A stretch of DNA of 64,000 nt, taken from contig JASHPW010000075.1 in assembly GCA_030037895.1 (NCBI GenBank), positions 5,899-69,898 of the forward strand, given 5' to 3'. Positions 63,720 through 64,000 of the stretch are shown here, piece after piece. The translations under genes were made by a program, and so were the position numbers. Position 1 is the stretch's first letter, and each line of letters begins with the position of its first letter. The stretch comes from Xanthobacteraceae bacterium. GTDB taxonomy: Bacteria > Pseudomonadota > Alphaproteobacteria > Rhizobiales > Xanthobacteraceae. The notes under the pieces were generated by a model. The model was not told the origin of the DNA, did no database searches, and saw nothing but the letters and a program-made list of their open reading frames with translations.

Positions 63720-64000
63720 ATGACGACACTCTTGCATACCCTGGACGATTATCCGCCGGGCCTCGTGCTGCGCGCGGCGCTGGCGAGCGATTTCATGGCA
63801 TTCACCGAGTATGCCTTCGGCGTGGTGCACCCCAATACGCCGTTCAAGCCGAACTGGCACCTCGAGGCGCTTGCCTACAAACTGTCGCAGGTCGCCGCGG
63901 GCGAGGTCAGGCGCCTGATCGTCACCATGCCGCCGCGCAATCTGAAATCGCTGTTTGCGTCCATCGCACTGCCGGCCTGGTTTCTCGGCCATAACCCCTC
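63720..64000 (+). CDS. Phage terminase large subunit, 5' part (runs off the window)
   Basis: My own translation from ATG 63720 reads MTTLLHTLDDYPPGLVLRAALASDFMAFTEYAFGVVHPNTPFKPNWHLEALAYKLSQVAAGEVRRLIVTMPPRNLKSLFASIALPAWFLGHNP. It contains a Walker-A-like PPRxxKS motif typical of this terminase group, and it stays open to the window end. Confidence 0.7.
   Translation, partial: MTTLLHTLDDYPPGLVLRAALASDFMAFTEYAFGVVHPNTPFKPNWHLEALAYKLSQVAAGEVRRLIVTMPPRNLKSLFASIALPAWFLGHNP

Noticed and set aside
1-64000. Search by eye for rRNA genes, tRNA genes and canonical rho-independent terminators at operon ends.
   Set aside because: I recognised no cloverleaf-compatible segments or rRNA-like conserved blocks. 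The gene ends examined (5654, 7052, 17903, 40657/40679, 61494) lack a clear GC-rich hairpin followed by a T tract. I cannot exclude them without a dedicated tool such as tRNAscan-SE, Infernal or TransTermHP.

Overview
High-GC chromosomal segment whose proteins look alphaproteobacterial, probably Rhizobiales-like; this is inferred from remembered protein similarities, not from a search. There are three parts.

(1) About 0.6-57 kb is one very large cell-envelope polysaccharide locus.
- Sugar-nucleotide genes: a CapD/PglF-type dehydratase, a WecA-like initiating transferase, lptE-lptD, Ugd, a UDP-GlcA 4-epimerase, a TviB/WbpO-like dehydrogenase and WecB/WecC.
- Modification genes: three AsnB-type amidotransferases, two heparinase II/III-like proteins, a fused MDR + Gfo/Idh/MocA oxidoreductase, several methyltransferases and a sulfotransferase.
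- Assembly and export genes: at least five GT-B glycosyltransferases and a Wzm/Wzt ABC exporter.

The most unusual gene is a roughly 1,160-1,210 aa radical SAM protein. Its SPASM-like Cys-rich domain is separated from the CxxxCxxC core by about 600 residues. That spacer holds repeated ~100-aa modules, and similar modules appear in the oxidoreductase, the sulfotransferase and a dual methyltransferase.

(2) At 21105-24097 the locus is interrupted by a 2,993-bp IS1-family transposon. It has perfect 19-bp terminal inverted repeats and an 8-bp target-site duplication. It carries a DDE transposase, a small lipoprotein, an RHH-like/AbiEii-like toxin-antitoxin pair and a small basic protein.

(3) The locus ends at an mtnP remnant that is truncated by a frameshifted IS481-family element (about 57.2-58.4 kb). 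A prophage-like segment follows:
- an ERF annealing protein fused to an HNH-like domain;
- a YqaJ exonuclease and an RHH regulator with palindromic operators;
- an array of TTTTAGC direct repeats;
- a ParB-like protein that seems to have lost its methylase core;
- a DUF5681/small-terminase-like gene and the start of a large terminase.

I recognised no rRNA, tRNA or CRISPR array. All family calls come from motif-level reading of the translations and were not confirmed by searches.
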